Source of the DNA: the human T2T-CHM13v2.0 reference genome, Homo sapiens
Length of the DNA: 64,000 nt
Reading direction: 5' to 3' (one strand)
Assembly (NCBI RefSeq): GCF_009914755.1
Contig: NC_060932.1
Position numbers and translations under genes: made by a program. The notes beneath the pieces were generated by a model that did not search any database, was not told where the DNA came from, and worked only from the letters and a program-made list of their open reading frames with translations. The number at the start of each line of letters is the position of its first letter. Within the stretch, counting starts at the first letter, position 1. Positions 1 to 14,522 of the stretch are shown here, piece after piece.

Positions 1-90
1 CAGTGAGCCAAGATTATGCCACTGCACTCCAGCCTGGGCGACAGAGGGAGACTCAGTCTCAACAAAGAAAAAAAGAAAAAAAAAAAAAAA
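1..90 (+). mobile_element. Alu 3' end (cut by the window edge)
   Basis: CAGTGAGCCAAGAT...CTGGGCGACAGAG plus A tail. Confidence 0.95.
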
Positions 91-115
91 CCCGAAAAGA
101 AAAGAAAAAAAAGGA

Positions 116-400
116 GGCCAGCCACAGTGGCTCATGACTGTGATCCCAGCACTTTGGGAGGCCAAGGCAGGAAGATCATGAGTCCAGGAGTTTGAGACTA
201 TCCTGGGCAAGAAAGAGAGACCCCATCTCTACAAAAAACACAACAATTAGCCAGGTGTGGTGGTATACACCTGTAGTCCAAGCTATTCAGTCGGCTGAGG
301 CAGGAGGACTGCTTGAGCCCAGGAGTTTGAGGCTGGGTGAGCTATGATTGTGCCGTTGCGCTCCTGCCTGGGCAACAGAGAGAGACCCTATCTCAAAAAA
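116..400 (+). mobile_element. Alu (J-like)
   Basis: Dimeric Alu; tail expands into (GAAA)n. Confidence 0.95.
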
Positions 401-498
401 AAAGAAAAGAAAAGAAAGAAAGAAGAAAGAAAGAAAGAAGAAAGAAAGAAAGAAAGAGAGAGAGAGAAAGAAAGGAAGAAAGGAAGAAAGAAAGAAAA
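401..498 (+). repeat. (GAAA)n/(GA)n polypurine microsatellite
   Basis: About 100 nt of A/G only. Confidence 0.95.
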
Positions 499-1012
499 TG
501 TGGCTTATTTAGACAATGGAATATTATTTGGCCTTAAAATAGAAGAAAATCCTGCCATGTATGACAACATGGATGAACCTGGAGGACATTCTGCTAAGTG
601 AAATAGCCAATCACAGGACAAGTACTGCATGATTCTATTTATATGTGGTATCTAAAACAGTCAAACTCATGGGAGCAGAGACTAGAGTGGTGGTTTCCTG
701 GGGCCAGGGGGAGGGATAAATGGAGAGTTGTTCAATGGGTATAAAGTTTTAGTTATGCGAGATGAGTAAGTTCTAGGGATTTACTGCACAATATAGTACC
801 TCTAGTTAACAGTATTGCACACTTAAAATTTTAAGAAGGTAGATCTCATATTATATATATATAAAAGAAACCAGGATACATTTAGAGGTGGTGGCTATAA
901 TTTTATTGTGATGATAGTTTTATGGGTGTGCGCATACATCCTAACTCATGAAATTGCGTACATTAAATATGTACAGTTTTTTTGTTTATGTTATACCCCA
1001 ATAAAGCTCGTT
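499..1012 (+). mobile_element. Old L1M 3' end fragment
   Basis: AATGGAATATTATT.GGCC...GGATGAACCTGGAGGACATT.TGCTAAGTGAAATA. Confidence 0.8.
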
Positions 1013-1094
1013 TTTAAGAAGAGTCCTCATTTGTATAATGACGAGCAATAGATAAAGATGTTTTTAAAGCAAGAAAAAAAAAAAAGCAAAAAAG

Positions 1095-1990
1095 ACCTCA
1101 GATTTGAGGTCTGCCAGTTTCACTTGATAATGTCCAAAAAATTTAACTTTATTAAATGTTGACCCTTGAAGACTTATCTTTTTAATATTCTGTGTGGTGA
1201 AATGGAAGTACACAGAAAGTATGTCTGCCACATACCAAAGTACAATGGTTATCTCCAGAAAAAGCACTTGTACAATTGTTTGAGTTGCCAGCTGGCCTAG
1301 CCATTTGTCTCATGGAACACCATTTTCACTTTAAGGACTTACATATGAATTATAGTTATTCAGACTTGGGTATTTGGCAGACACTTTCTAAAAATGTACA
1401 AAGTGAGACTATCACTTCAGGAAAAACAACAGACAGTATTTTTCCCAGTGATAAAATACAAGCTTATAAGTGAAAATCAGAATTTTGGAAAACATATCTA
1501 CCATTGTGAATCTGATAGCTTCCCAATACTCAAAGATTTTTCTGATAATATTGGTGGTGATATTAACTAATGATTTTTTGATAGTGTACAATGAAACATC
1601 AACATTTGGAATACCTGCATAACTCAATGAACCTTTTATTTTCCCCAAAAGACCAATGATGTTACAAAATCACACATGGATAAAAGATGCATTCGAAGAG
1701 CAAAACAGACTAATGGATTTTCATATGGCAGCGTATGGAAATTACTAATTATGGTTTCAGTTTCCACATTGCAACTAACCTTTAAAAATCTACCTCTTTT
1801 TCAAGTGTTGGTATAAAGAATGTCCATTATTATATGAGAAGGCTATTAAGATATTCCTCTTTTTTCCAACTACATTTGTGTGAGGTCAGATTTTCTTCAT
1901 ACAGTGTGACCAAAACAAGATGTCATAAGATTGAAAGTAGAAGCAGGTCATCTTTGTTGACCAAACATTGAAGAGATTTGCAAAAAGGTA
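1095..1990 (+). mobile_element. hAT-Charlie DNA transposon remnant (transposase C-terminal region)
   Basis: Near 1230-1290 translates to HTKVQWLSPEKALVQLFEL (cf. Charlie HTEVRWLSRG..L.RLFEL). Confidence 0.7.
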
Positions 1991-3164
1991 TAGCACATAC
2001 AATTATGTACAGTACATAACACTTGATAATGATAATAAACAACTATGTTATTGGCTTATGTATTTACTATACTTTTAATCATTATTTTAGAGTATACTCC
2101 TACTTATATAAATATTTTAAAGTTACCTGTGAAACAGCCTCAGGCAGGTCCTTCAGGAGGTATTCCAGAAAAAGACATTGTTATAGAAGATGACAGCTCC
2201 ATGCATATTGCTGCCCGTTAAGACCTTTCAGTAGAACAAGATGTGAAGGTGGACAGGGGCGATACTGATGATCCTGACCCTGTGTAGAATTAGGTAATGT
2301 GCGTGTATGACTTGGTTTTTAACAATAACGTTTTAAAAGCTATATATATTTTTTTCTATATATATATATACCCATATATATAGAAAAAAGCTTACAGAAT
2401 AAGGATATAAAGAAGATATTTTTGTATAGCTTATGATATGTTTGGATTTTAAGCTAAGTGTTATTACAGAAGAGTCAAAAAGTTTTTAAAAAATTAAAAG
2501 TTTATAACGTAAAAAACTTACACTAAGGCTGAGTGCAGTGGCCCATGCCTTCAATCACAGCAACTCGAGAGGCTGAGGTGGGGGAATTGCTTGAGGACAG
2601 GAGTTCAAGCCTGCAGTGAGACATGATCACACCACTGCACTCTAGCCCTGGTGACCGGGTGAGACACCAACTCAAAAAAAAAAAAAAAAAGCTACAGTAA
2701 GCTAAAGATACTTTACTATTGAAGAAACTTTTTTTGTAAATTTAGTATAGCCTAAGTGTACAGTGTTTATAAAATGTACAGTAATGTACAGTAATATCCT
2801 AGGCCTTCACATTCACTCACCACTCACTGACTCACACCCAGAGCAACTTCCAGTCCTGCAAGCTCCACTCATGGTAAGTGTCCTACATAGGTGTACCATT
2901 TTATATTTTTTATGCCATATCTGTACCATTTCTGGTTTAGATCCACAAATACCACTGTGTTACAACTGCCTACAGTATTCAGTACAGTAACACGTTGTAC
3001 AGGTTTGTAGCCTAGAGCAATAGGCTATACCATATACCCTAGGCATGTGGTAGGCTATACCTTCTCGGTTTGCATAAGTACATTTTGTGATGTTTGCACA
3101 ATGACAAAATCACCTAAGGATTCATTCTCAGAATATATCTCTATTGTTAAGCGACACAAGACTG
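1991..3164 (-). mobile_element. Tigger3/MER7-type TcMar DNA transposon, interrupted by an Alu monomer
   Basis: Terminus ...TTCTCAGAATATATCTCTATTGTTAAGCGACACAAGACTG followed by TA. Confidence 0.8.
2527..2690 (+). mobile_element. Alu monomer (FRAM-like)
   Basis: Single arm plus poly(A) inside Tigger3. Confidence 0.85.
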
Positions 3165-3166
3165 TA

Positions 3167-6290
<3,124 letters not shown>

Positions 6291-6297
6291 CCTGAGC

Positions 6298-6408
6298 TGG
6301 AGCTTCTGGGGCAGTGAACACGTGGAGGTGCTGCAAGTCTGGCATATCCAGTGAGGCCATAGAAGCTCCCCGTCCCTTCCCACACTCCTTGCTAGATCCA
6401 TCTCTTTT
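6298..6408 (+). mobile_element. MER21-like LTR fragment
   Basis: GGAGCTTCTGGG..GTGAACACGTGGAGGTGCTG...GAAGCTCC..CCCTTCCC motif. Confidence 0.6.
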
Positions 6409-7118
6409 AGAATTTAAGAAATGAGAGAATCTAACATGAATGATTCCATCTTGTTTCTAACCTCACAGGCTAAATTGGTTTTTGGATTATTCTAGTGTGA
6501 AGACCATGAGAGAAATTTAAACTTTGAGGCAAGGAAAACTGACTTCCCTCCTTGTTCAGAGACTGAAGCCACATTCATAAAACAAGGTTAGAATTATGGT
6601 AGGATCCTGAAATTTGCTAAAGAATAGGCATAGTTAAACAATAACCTGCCATGGCTTAGCTTGCTTTTCTACAGGTTGCTTACTGCCCCAGAGTCATATA
6701 ACTGGAGGTCACAAGATCTGTAACTTCCCCAAATGCTCCTATAGATAACATCACTATTGTGAAACCTAAAGAACTAGTCTTCGAGATATTTTTCGGATTT
6801 AGCATTTGGGCAGACCAAGAGATGAGTCCTGAGATCCCTTCTTGGGAACTGACTCAGCTGCACAAAGACAGTTTAGACACTCCTCTAATTTCATCCCCAG
6901 CCAATCAATTGTTTCAGTTCCCCAGACCCCTGCCGACCAGAGCACCCTTAAAAACCCTAGCCTTTGAATTCTTGGGCAGGCAGATTTGAGAAATGTCTTC
7001 TGTTCCCCTTGCTTGGTTGGCCCTATGATTATTAAACTCTTTCTTTGCTGCAACGCTTGCTGTTCTCAGTGAATTGGATTCTTTTCAGGGAAGCAGACAA
7101 GAATAACTCGGCTGTGAC
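6409..7118 (+). mobile_element. ERV1 LTR, LTR8-like, 5'-truncated
   Basis: TCCATCTTGTTTCTAACCTC, CCTATAGATAACATCACTATTGT, ATTAAACTCTTTCT signal, ends ..GTGACA. Confidence 0.6.
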
Positions 7119-8593
7119 ATGAGGAAATGCAAAATAACAAGAAAATTGTGAAACATTCAATCTCTTGGTATTGTTATCTGTAATAACTGAAATGAAAAGA
7201 GAGTGAACATATTTGGGTTGATGGAGGACCCATAGCTCACTACTGAACAATCATCTATGGCTTTATGTGATCTAGACACCCAGGAGGTTAATCATGAGGG
7301 AGAAGCCTGGCTGCTGGATTGGATAAAAGCTGCTGTGAAGTAGGTCTACCCTTTAGGGAGGAGGACTGCCCAATTCCCCTGTAAATGCCAAGTAGAACAC
7401 CCTAGTTGAAATAGCTGATATTCTCATATGAAAGCTATGTGGCACTGGCTTTATAATGACCAGGATATTCACCTGCTGAAAATGTCCATTACTCAAGTCA
7501 TAGTAAATGCTATAACTAAGGGGCTGCTTTTGCATGGATAGCCTATGTGATCTTACTGCTGCAAAACTGAGCAACAGACTAGGAAGCCTTATTGAATTTG
7601 CTGGCTCAGTTTCCCCTCAATGGTCTTACAGATGCTAATTAAAATATTAGATTAATTAACAAAAGAATGAGAAAAGGCAGAGGCGAAAGTCAAAGGACTC
7701 TTCTAACAAGGTGGAAAATTTTAAATGGTTTTTAAGAAACAAGTGAATATAGTAAACATTGATGGGTACAAAACAAAGACGAGAAAGAAAGGGGAGAGCC
7801 AAGAGACCTGTCCAGTCAGAGTGGAAATCTTTAAGTGGTTGTTACAATATTGCATGAATAAAATGAACATTGATAGGGTTAAAACAAAGGTCTTACTACA
7901 ACGTTATGGAAGGTTGGTCAGGCTAAAGGAATGTCCGGCTGGTTCCCTAACATTAAAGAGTCTCAAAGAAGTCCACTCTATTATCACATATGAAGAAATT
8001 TTAAAAGGCAGAGGGCAAAGATGACAAGGAGAAACTTGACCCAAAATGGCTTAGGGCAATGCTTAAGCAGATAAGTCAATATGAAGACACAAAGATCAGG
8101 GTCTCCTAGCTCAAACCCCTGCTGGGGACCCAAAGCCTTTTGCCCATGAGTGGGAAAATAGGTCAGGGGGTGAAGAAGAGAAGTTTCTGGGACTCCTTGA
8201 TATGGGAGCCCCACATACTATGGTACTGAAACCCATTTGTGAAGCCCTAATACAAGCTACAATTAGATTGAGAGGCTGGACAACCAAAATGAGTGACTGA
8301 GGCATAAGTCTCAAATCACTGACGTTCACTGAGCCAGCTTGAGGGTGCACCCGGGAAATTGTGAGTCAGACACATCTGTGGCTCTTTTTTCCAAAGAGGT
8401 TCTCAGGAGCTTTAGTATTTATACATTTTCCTTAAAAATAGTGCCTTGTAAATTTACATTTTAGGTAAGTTAAGGTGAACATTTGAAGAAAAAGAGAGGA
8501 AGTAGCTGTCTCAGGGAGGAGTAAAGGATTGAGTAATTTCATCTTGTTTTTGTTCTGTACCTGGAAAGATAAGCTAGAAATGAACATTATCTG

Positions 8594-9024
8594 TGTCAGG
8601 CCTCTGAGCCCAAGCCAAGCCATCGCATCCCCTGTGACTTGCACGTATACACCCAGATGGCCTGAAGTAACTGAAGAATCACAAAAGTGAAAAGGACCTG
8701 CCCCGCCTTAACTGATGACATTCCACCATTGTGATTTGTTCCTGCCCCACCTTAACTGAGTGATTAACCCTGTGAATTTCCTTCTCCTGGCTCAGAAGCT
8801 CCCCCACTGAGCACCTTGTGACCCCCGCCCCTGCCCACCAGAGAACAACCCCCTTTGACTGTAAGTTTCCATTACCTTCCCAAATCCTATAAAACAGCCC
8901 CACCTTTATCTCCCTTCGCTGACTCTCTTTTCGGACTCAGCCCACCTGCACCCAGGTGAAATAAACAGCTTTATTGCTCACACAAAGCCTGTTTGGTGGT
9001 CTCTTCACACAGACGCGCATGAAA
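8594..9024 (+). promoter_or_regulatory. HERV-H 5' LTR (LTR7 family, LTR7Y-like)
   Basis: 431 bp; TATAAAA 8888-8894; AATAAA 8960-8965; several CCCCGCC/CCCCACC GC/GT boxes; subfamily assigned from memory of consensus. Confidence 0.9.
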
Positions 9025-9026
9025 TT

Positions 9027-9044
9027 TGGTGCTGTGACTCGGAT
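9027..9044 (+). other. Primer-binding site, tRNA-His
   Basis: TGGTGCTGTGACTCGGAT matches TGGTGCCGTGACTCGGAT at 17/18 (one CpG transition). Confidence 0.95.
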
Positions 9045-9166
9045 CGGGGGACCTCCCTTGGGAGATCAATCCCCTGTCCTCCTGTTCTTTGCTCCGTGAG
9101 AAAGATCCACCTACGACTCAGGTCCTCAGACCGACCAGCCCAAGGAACATCTCACCAATTTTAAAT

Positions 9167-9175
9167 CAGGTAAGC
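9167..9175 (+). promoter_or_regulatory. HERV-H major 5' splice donor
   Basis: CAG|GTAAGC about 145 nt after the 5' LTR; near-consensus donor. Confidence 0.75.
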
Positions 9176-9620
9176 GGCCTCTTCTTACTCTCTTTCTCCA
9201 ACCTCTCTCACTGTCCCTCAACCACTTTCTTCTTTCCACTCTTCATTCTCTCCCTTCTCTTAATTTCAATTCCTTTCATTTTCTGGGAGAGACAAAGGAG
9301 ACACGTTTTATCTGTGGACCCAAAACTCCGGCGCCGGTCACGGACTGGGAAGGCAGCCTTCCCTTGGTGTTTAATCATTGCAGGGACGCCTCTCTGATTA
9401 TTCACCCACGTTTCAAAGGTGTCAGACCACACAGGGACGCCTGCCTTGGTCCTTCACCCTTAGCGGCAAGTCCCGCTTTTCTGGGGAAGGGGCAAGTACC
9501 CCAACCCCTTCTCTCCTTGTCTCTACCCCTTCTCTGCTTTTCTGGGGGAGGGGCAAGTACCCCTCAACCCCTTCTCCTTCACCCTTAACAGCAAGTCTCG
9601 CTTTTCTAGGGGGCAAGAAC

Positions 9621-9920
9621 CCCCAATCCCTTATTTCTGCGCCCCAACCTCATATCTCTGCACCCCAATCCCTTATTTCCATGCCCCAACCTCTTATCTC
9701 TGCACCCCAATCCCTTATGCCCCCTCATATCTCTGTGCCCCAATCCCTTATTTCCATGCCCCAACCTCTCATCTCTGTGCCCCAATCCCTTATGCCCCAA
9801 CCTCGTATCTCTGTGCCCCAATCCCTTATTTCCATGCCCCATCCTCTTATCTCTGTGCCCCAATCCCTTATTTCCACACCCCAACCTCTTATCTCTGTGC
9901 CCCAATCCCTTATTTCCATG
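9621..9920 (+). repeat. Tandem array of 15 alternating ~21-bp units (42-bp dimer) in the HERV-H leader
   Basis: A = ccccaatcccttatttccatg (8 copies), B = ccccaacctcttatctctgtg (7 copies); three units shortened by 6, 3 and 6 nt. Confidence 0.95.
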
Positions 9921-10019
9921 CCCCAACCCCCCTTCCTGCTTTTCGGGAGGGTAAGAACCCCCAAACCCCTTCCCTCCATGTCTCTACGCTCTCTTTTCTC
10001 TGGGTTTGCCTCTTTCACT

Positions 10020-11244
10020 ATGGGCAACCTTGCATCCTCCATTCCTCCTTCTTCTCCCTTAGCCTGTGTTCTCAAAAACGTAAAACCTCTTCAACTCACA
10101 CCTGACCTAAAACCTAAATGCCTTATTTTCTTCTGCAATGCTGCTTGACCCCAATACAAACTCGACAGTAGTTCCAAATAGCCAGAAAATGGCACTTTGA
10201 ATTTTTCCATCCTGCAAGATCTAAGTAATTCTTGTCATAAAATAGGCAAACGGTCTGAGGTGCCTGACATCCAGGCATCCTTTTACACATCAGTCCCTTC
10301 CTAGTCTCTGTGCCCAGTGCAACTCATCCCAAATCTTCCTTCTTTCCCTCCTGCCTGTCCCCTCAGTACCAACACCAAGCGTCGCTGAGTCTTTCTAATC
10401 TTCCTTCTCTACAGACCCATCTGACCTCTCCCTTCCTCCCCAGGCTGCTCCTCTCCAGGCCGAGCTAGGTCCCAATTCTTCCTCAGCCTCCGCTCCTCCA
10501 CCCTATAATCTTTTTATTGCCTCCCCTCCTCACACCTGGTCCGGCTTACAGTTTCGTTCCGTGACTAGCCCTCCCCCATCTGCCCAGCAATTTACTCTTA
10601 AAAAGGTGGCTGGAGCCAAAGGCATAGTCAAGGTTAATGCTCCTTTTTCTTTATCCCAAATCAGAAGCGTTTAGGCTCTTTTTCGTCAAATATAAAAATC
10701 CAGCCCAGCTCATGGCTCGTTTGGCAGCAACCCTGAGACGCTTTACAGCCCTAGACCCTAAAAGGTCAAAAGGCCGTCTTATTCTCAATATACATTTTAC
10801 TACCCAATCTGCTCCCGACATTAAATAAAACTCCAAAAATTGGAATCTGGCCCTCAAACCCCACAACAGGACTTAATTAACCTCACCTTCAAGGTGTACA
10901 ATAACAGAAAAAAGTTGCAATTCCTTGCCTCCTCTGTGAGACAAACCCCAGCCACATCTCCAGCACACAAGAACTTCCAAACGCCTGAACCACAGCATCC
11001 AGGTGTTCCTCCAGAACCTTCTCCCCCAGGAGCTTGCTACACGTGCCGGAAATCTGGCCACTGGGCCAAGGAATGCCCGCAGCCCCGGATTCCTCCTAAG
11101 CCGCGTCCCATCTGTGTGGGACCCCACTGAAAATCGGACTGTTCAACTCACCTGGCAGCCACTCCCAGAGCCCCTGGAACTCTGGCCCAAGGCTCTCTGA
11201 CTGACTCCTTCCCAGATCTTCTCGGCTTAGCGGCTGAAGACTGA
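10020..11244 (+). pseudogene. HERV-H gag remnant
   Basis: MGNLASSIPPSSPLACVLKN...FFCNAA*PQYKLD; intact CCHC knuckle CYTCRKSGHWAKEC; ends LLGLAAED* at 11242-11244; stops and deletions. Confidence 0.9.
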
Positions 11245-13410
11245 CACTGCCCGATCACCTTGGAAGCCCCCTAGACCATCAAGGACGCCGAGCTTCAGGT
11301 AACTCTCACAGTGGAAGGTAAGCCCGTCCCCTTCTTAATCAATACGGAGGCTACCCACTCCACATTACCTTCTTTTCAAGGGCCTGTTTCCCTTGCCTCC
11401 ATAACTGTTGTGGGTATTGAAGGCCAGGCTTCTAAACCTCTTAAAACTCCCCAACTCTGGTGCCAACTTAGACAATACTCTTTTAAGCACTCCTTTTCAG
11501 TTATCCCCACCTGCCCAGTTCCCTTATTAGGCTGAGACACTTTAACTAAATTATCTGCTTCCCTGACTATTCCTGGACTACAGCTATATCTCATTGCCGC
11601 CCTTCTTCCCAATCCAAAGCCTCCTTTGCGTCCTCCTCTTGTATCCCCCCACCTTAACCCACAAATATGAGATACCTCTACTCCCTCCTTGGCGACCGAT
11701 CATGCACCCCTTACCATCTCATTAAAACCTAATCACCCTTACCCCACTCAACGCCAAGATCCCATCCCACGACACGCTTTAAAAAGATTAAAGCCTGTTA
11801 TCACTCACCTGCTACAGCATGGCCTTTTAAAGCCTATAAACTCTCCTTACAATTCCCCCATTTTACCTGTCCTAAAACCAGACAAGCCTTACGAGTTAGT
11901 TCAGGATCTGCGCCTTGTCAACCAAATTATTTTGCCTATCCACCCCATGGTGCCAAACCCATATACTCTCCTATCCTCAATACCTGCCTCTACAACCCAT
12001 TATTCTGTTCTAGATCTCAAACATGCATTCTTTACTATTCCTTTGCACCCTTAATCCCAGCCTCTCTTCGCTTTCACTTGGACTGACCCTGACACCCATC
12101 AAGCTCAGCAAATTACCTAGGCTGTACTGCCGCAAAGCTTCACAGGCAGCTCCCATTACTTCAATCAAGCCCAAATTTCTTCCTCATCTGTTACCTATCT
12201 TGGCATAATTCTCATAAAAACACACGTGCTCTCCCTGCCAATCGTGGCCAACTGATCTCTCAAACCCCAGCACCTTCTACAAAACAACAACTCCTTTCCT
12301 TCCTAGGCATGGTTAGTGCGGTCAGAATTCTTACACAAGAGCCAGGACCGCACCCTGTAGCCTTTCTGTCCAAACAACTTGACCTTACTGTTTTAGCCTA
12401 GCCCTCATGTCTGCGTGCAGCGGCTGCCGCTGCTTTGGTACTGTTAGAGGCCCTAAAAATCACAAACTATGCTCAACTCACTCTCTACATTTCTCATAAC
12501 TTCCAAAATCTATTTTCTTCCTCATACCTGACACATATACTTTCTGCTCCCCGGCTCCTTCAGCTGTATTCACTCTTTAAGTCCCACAATTACCCTTGTT
12601 CCTGGCCAGGACTTCAATCTGGCCTCTCACATTATTCCTGATACCACACCTGACCCCCATGACTGTATCTCTCTGATCCACCTGATATTCACCCCATTTC
12701 CCCATATTTCCTTCTTTCCTGTTCCTCACCCTGATCACGCTTGATTTATTGATGGCGGTTCCACCAGGCCTAATCGCCACACACCAGCAACGGCAGGTTA
12801 TGCTATAGTACAAGCCACTAGCCCGCCTCTCAGAACCTCTCATTTCCTTTCCATCGTGGAAATCTATCCTCAAGGAAATAACTTCTCAGTGTTCCATCTG
12901 CTATTCTACTACTCCTCAGGGATTATTCAGGCCCCCTCCCTTCCCTACACATCAAGCTCGAGGATTTGCCCCCACCCAGGACTGGCAAATTAGCTTTACT
13001 CAACATGCCCGAGTCAGGAAACTAAAATACCTCTTAGTCTAAATAGACACTTTCACTGAATAAGTAAAGGCCTTTCCTACAGGGTCTGAGAAGGCCACCG
13101 CAGTCATTTCTTCCCTTCTGTCAGACATAATTCCTCAGTTTAGCCTTCCCACCTCTATACAGTCTGATAACAGACCAGCCTTCATTAGTCAAATCAGCCA
13201 AGCAGTTTTTCAGGCTCTTAGTATTCAGTGAAACCTTTATATCCCTTACGGTCCTCCGTCTTCAAGAAAAGTAGAACGGACTAAAGGTCTTTTAAAAACA
13301 CACCTCACCAAGCTCAGCCACCAACTTAAAAAGGACTGAACAATACTTTTACCACTTTCACTTCTCAGAATTCAGGCCTGTCCTCAGAATGTTACAAGGT
13401 ACAGCCCATT
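11245..13410 (+). pseudogene. HERV-H pro-pol remnant (PR, RT lacking the YXDD segment, RNase H, IN)
   Basis: FLINTEATHS (degenerate LIDTGA); SPYNSPILPVLKP, QDLRLVN, VLDLKHAFF, LPQSF joined directly to VTYLG; FIDG; QSDNRPAF, SSRKVER. Confidence 0.9.
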
Positions 13411-14062
13411 TAAGCTCTTTAAAAAGCATCTTTAAAAAGATGCTCATTTTTATTAGCCCCCAGTCTCATTCGACACCAGACCAACTTAGACTGTGCCCCC
13501 AAAAAACTTGTCATCCCTACTATCTTTTGTCTAGTCATACATACTCCTATTCACCTTTCTCAACTACTCATACATGCCCTGCTCTTGTTTACACTGCCAG
13601 TTTACACTGTTTCTCCAAGCCATCACAGCTGATATCTCCTGGTGCTATCCCCAAACTGCCACTCTAAACTCTTGAAGTAAATAAATAATCTTTGCTGGCA
13701 GGACTATGCCGAATCTCCTTAGGCACTCTAATCAGATGTCCTAGGTCCTCCCAATTCTTAGACCTTTTATACCTGTTTCTCTCCTTCTCTTATTCCATTT
13801 TTCAATTCATACAAAACCGTATCCAGGCCATCACCAATCATTCTATACGACAAATGTTTCTTCTAACAACCCCACAATATCACCCCTTACCACAAGATCT
13901 TCCATTCAGCTTAATCTCTCCCACTCTAGGTTCCCACGCCGCCCCTAATCCCGCTTGAAGCAGCCCTGAGAAACATCGCCCATTCTCTCTCCATACCACC
14001 CCCAAAAATTTTTGCCGCCCCAACACTTCAACACTATTTTGTTTTATTTTTCTTATTAATAT
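13411..14062 (+). pseudogene. HERV-H env fragments and 3' UTR
   Basis: Cytoplasmic-tail peptide FIQNRIQAITNHSIRQMFLLTTPQYHPLPQDL in ORF 13692..13958; most of env absent. Confidence 0.75.
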
Positions 14063-14075
14063 AAGAAGGCAGGAA

Positions 14076-14508
14076 TGTCAGGCCTCTGAGCCCAAGCCAA
14101 GCCATCGCATCCCGTGACTTGCATGTATACGCCCAGATGGCCTGAAGTAACTGAAGAATCACAAAAGAAGTGAAAAGGCCCTGCCCCGCCTTAACTGATG
14201 ACATTCCACCATTGTGATTTGTTCCTGCCCCACCTTAACTGAGTGATTAACCCTGTGAATTTCCTTCTCCTGGCTCAGAAGCTCCCCCACTGAGCACCTT
14301 GTGACCCCCCGCCCCTGCCCACCAGAGAACAACCCCCTTTGACTGTAATTTTCCATTACCTTCCCAAATCCTATAAAACGGCCCCACCCTTATCTCCCTT
14401 CGCTGACTCTCTTTTCGGACTCAGCCCACCTGCACCCAGGTGAAATAAACAGCTTTATTGCTCACACAAAGCCTGTTTGGTGGTCTCTTCACACTGACAC
14501 GCATGAAA
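14076..14508 (+). promoter_or_regulatory. HERV-H 3' LTR
   Basis: 433 bp; differs from the 5' LTR by 8 substitutions and 3 indels on manual alignment; AATAAA 14444-14449. Confidence 0.95.
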
Positions 14509-14522
14509 ATCAGTGTGGATTC

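Larger units (their letters stand above)
8594..14508 (+). mobile_element. HERV-H provirus, two LTRs, 5915 bp, internally deleted non-autonomous type
   Basis: LTRs TGTCAGGCCTCTGAGCCCAAG...CATGAAA; tRNA-His PBS; gag/pro/pol/env remnants; PPT AAGAAGGCAGGAA 14063-14075; 5-bp TSD ATCTG (8589-8593) / ATCAG (14509-14513). Confidence 0.97.

Noticed and set aside
337-601. Lys/Arg/Glu-rich ORFs (66 and 85 aa)
   Set aside because: Translation of an Alu tail and (GAAA)n microsatellite
1276-1473. ORF with hAT transposase similarity as a domesticated gene
   Set aside because: Fragmentary, with stops and frameshifts, and truncated by Tigger3; an ordinary fossil
9621-9920. Repeat array superficially like a CRISPR array
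   Set aside because: Units are contiguous with no unique spacers, lie in an ERV leader in primate DNA, and no cas genes are present
9606-10075. Minus-strand repetitive ORFs (GHGNKGL..., WGTEIR...)
   Set aside because: Automatic consequence of a 21-bp-period array; no independent support
11242-11244. TGA after LAAED as another Trp->stop
   Set aside because: Position fits the natural gag terminator, so it was excluded from the hypermutation count; 11533 (CGA->TGA) and 12052 were excluded as non-Trp
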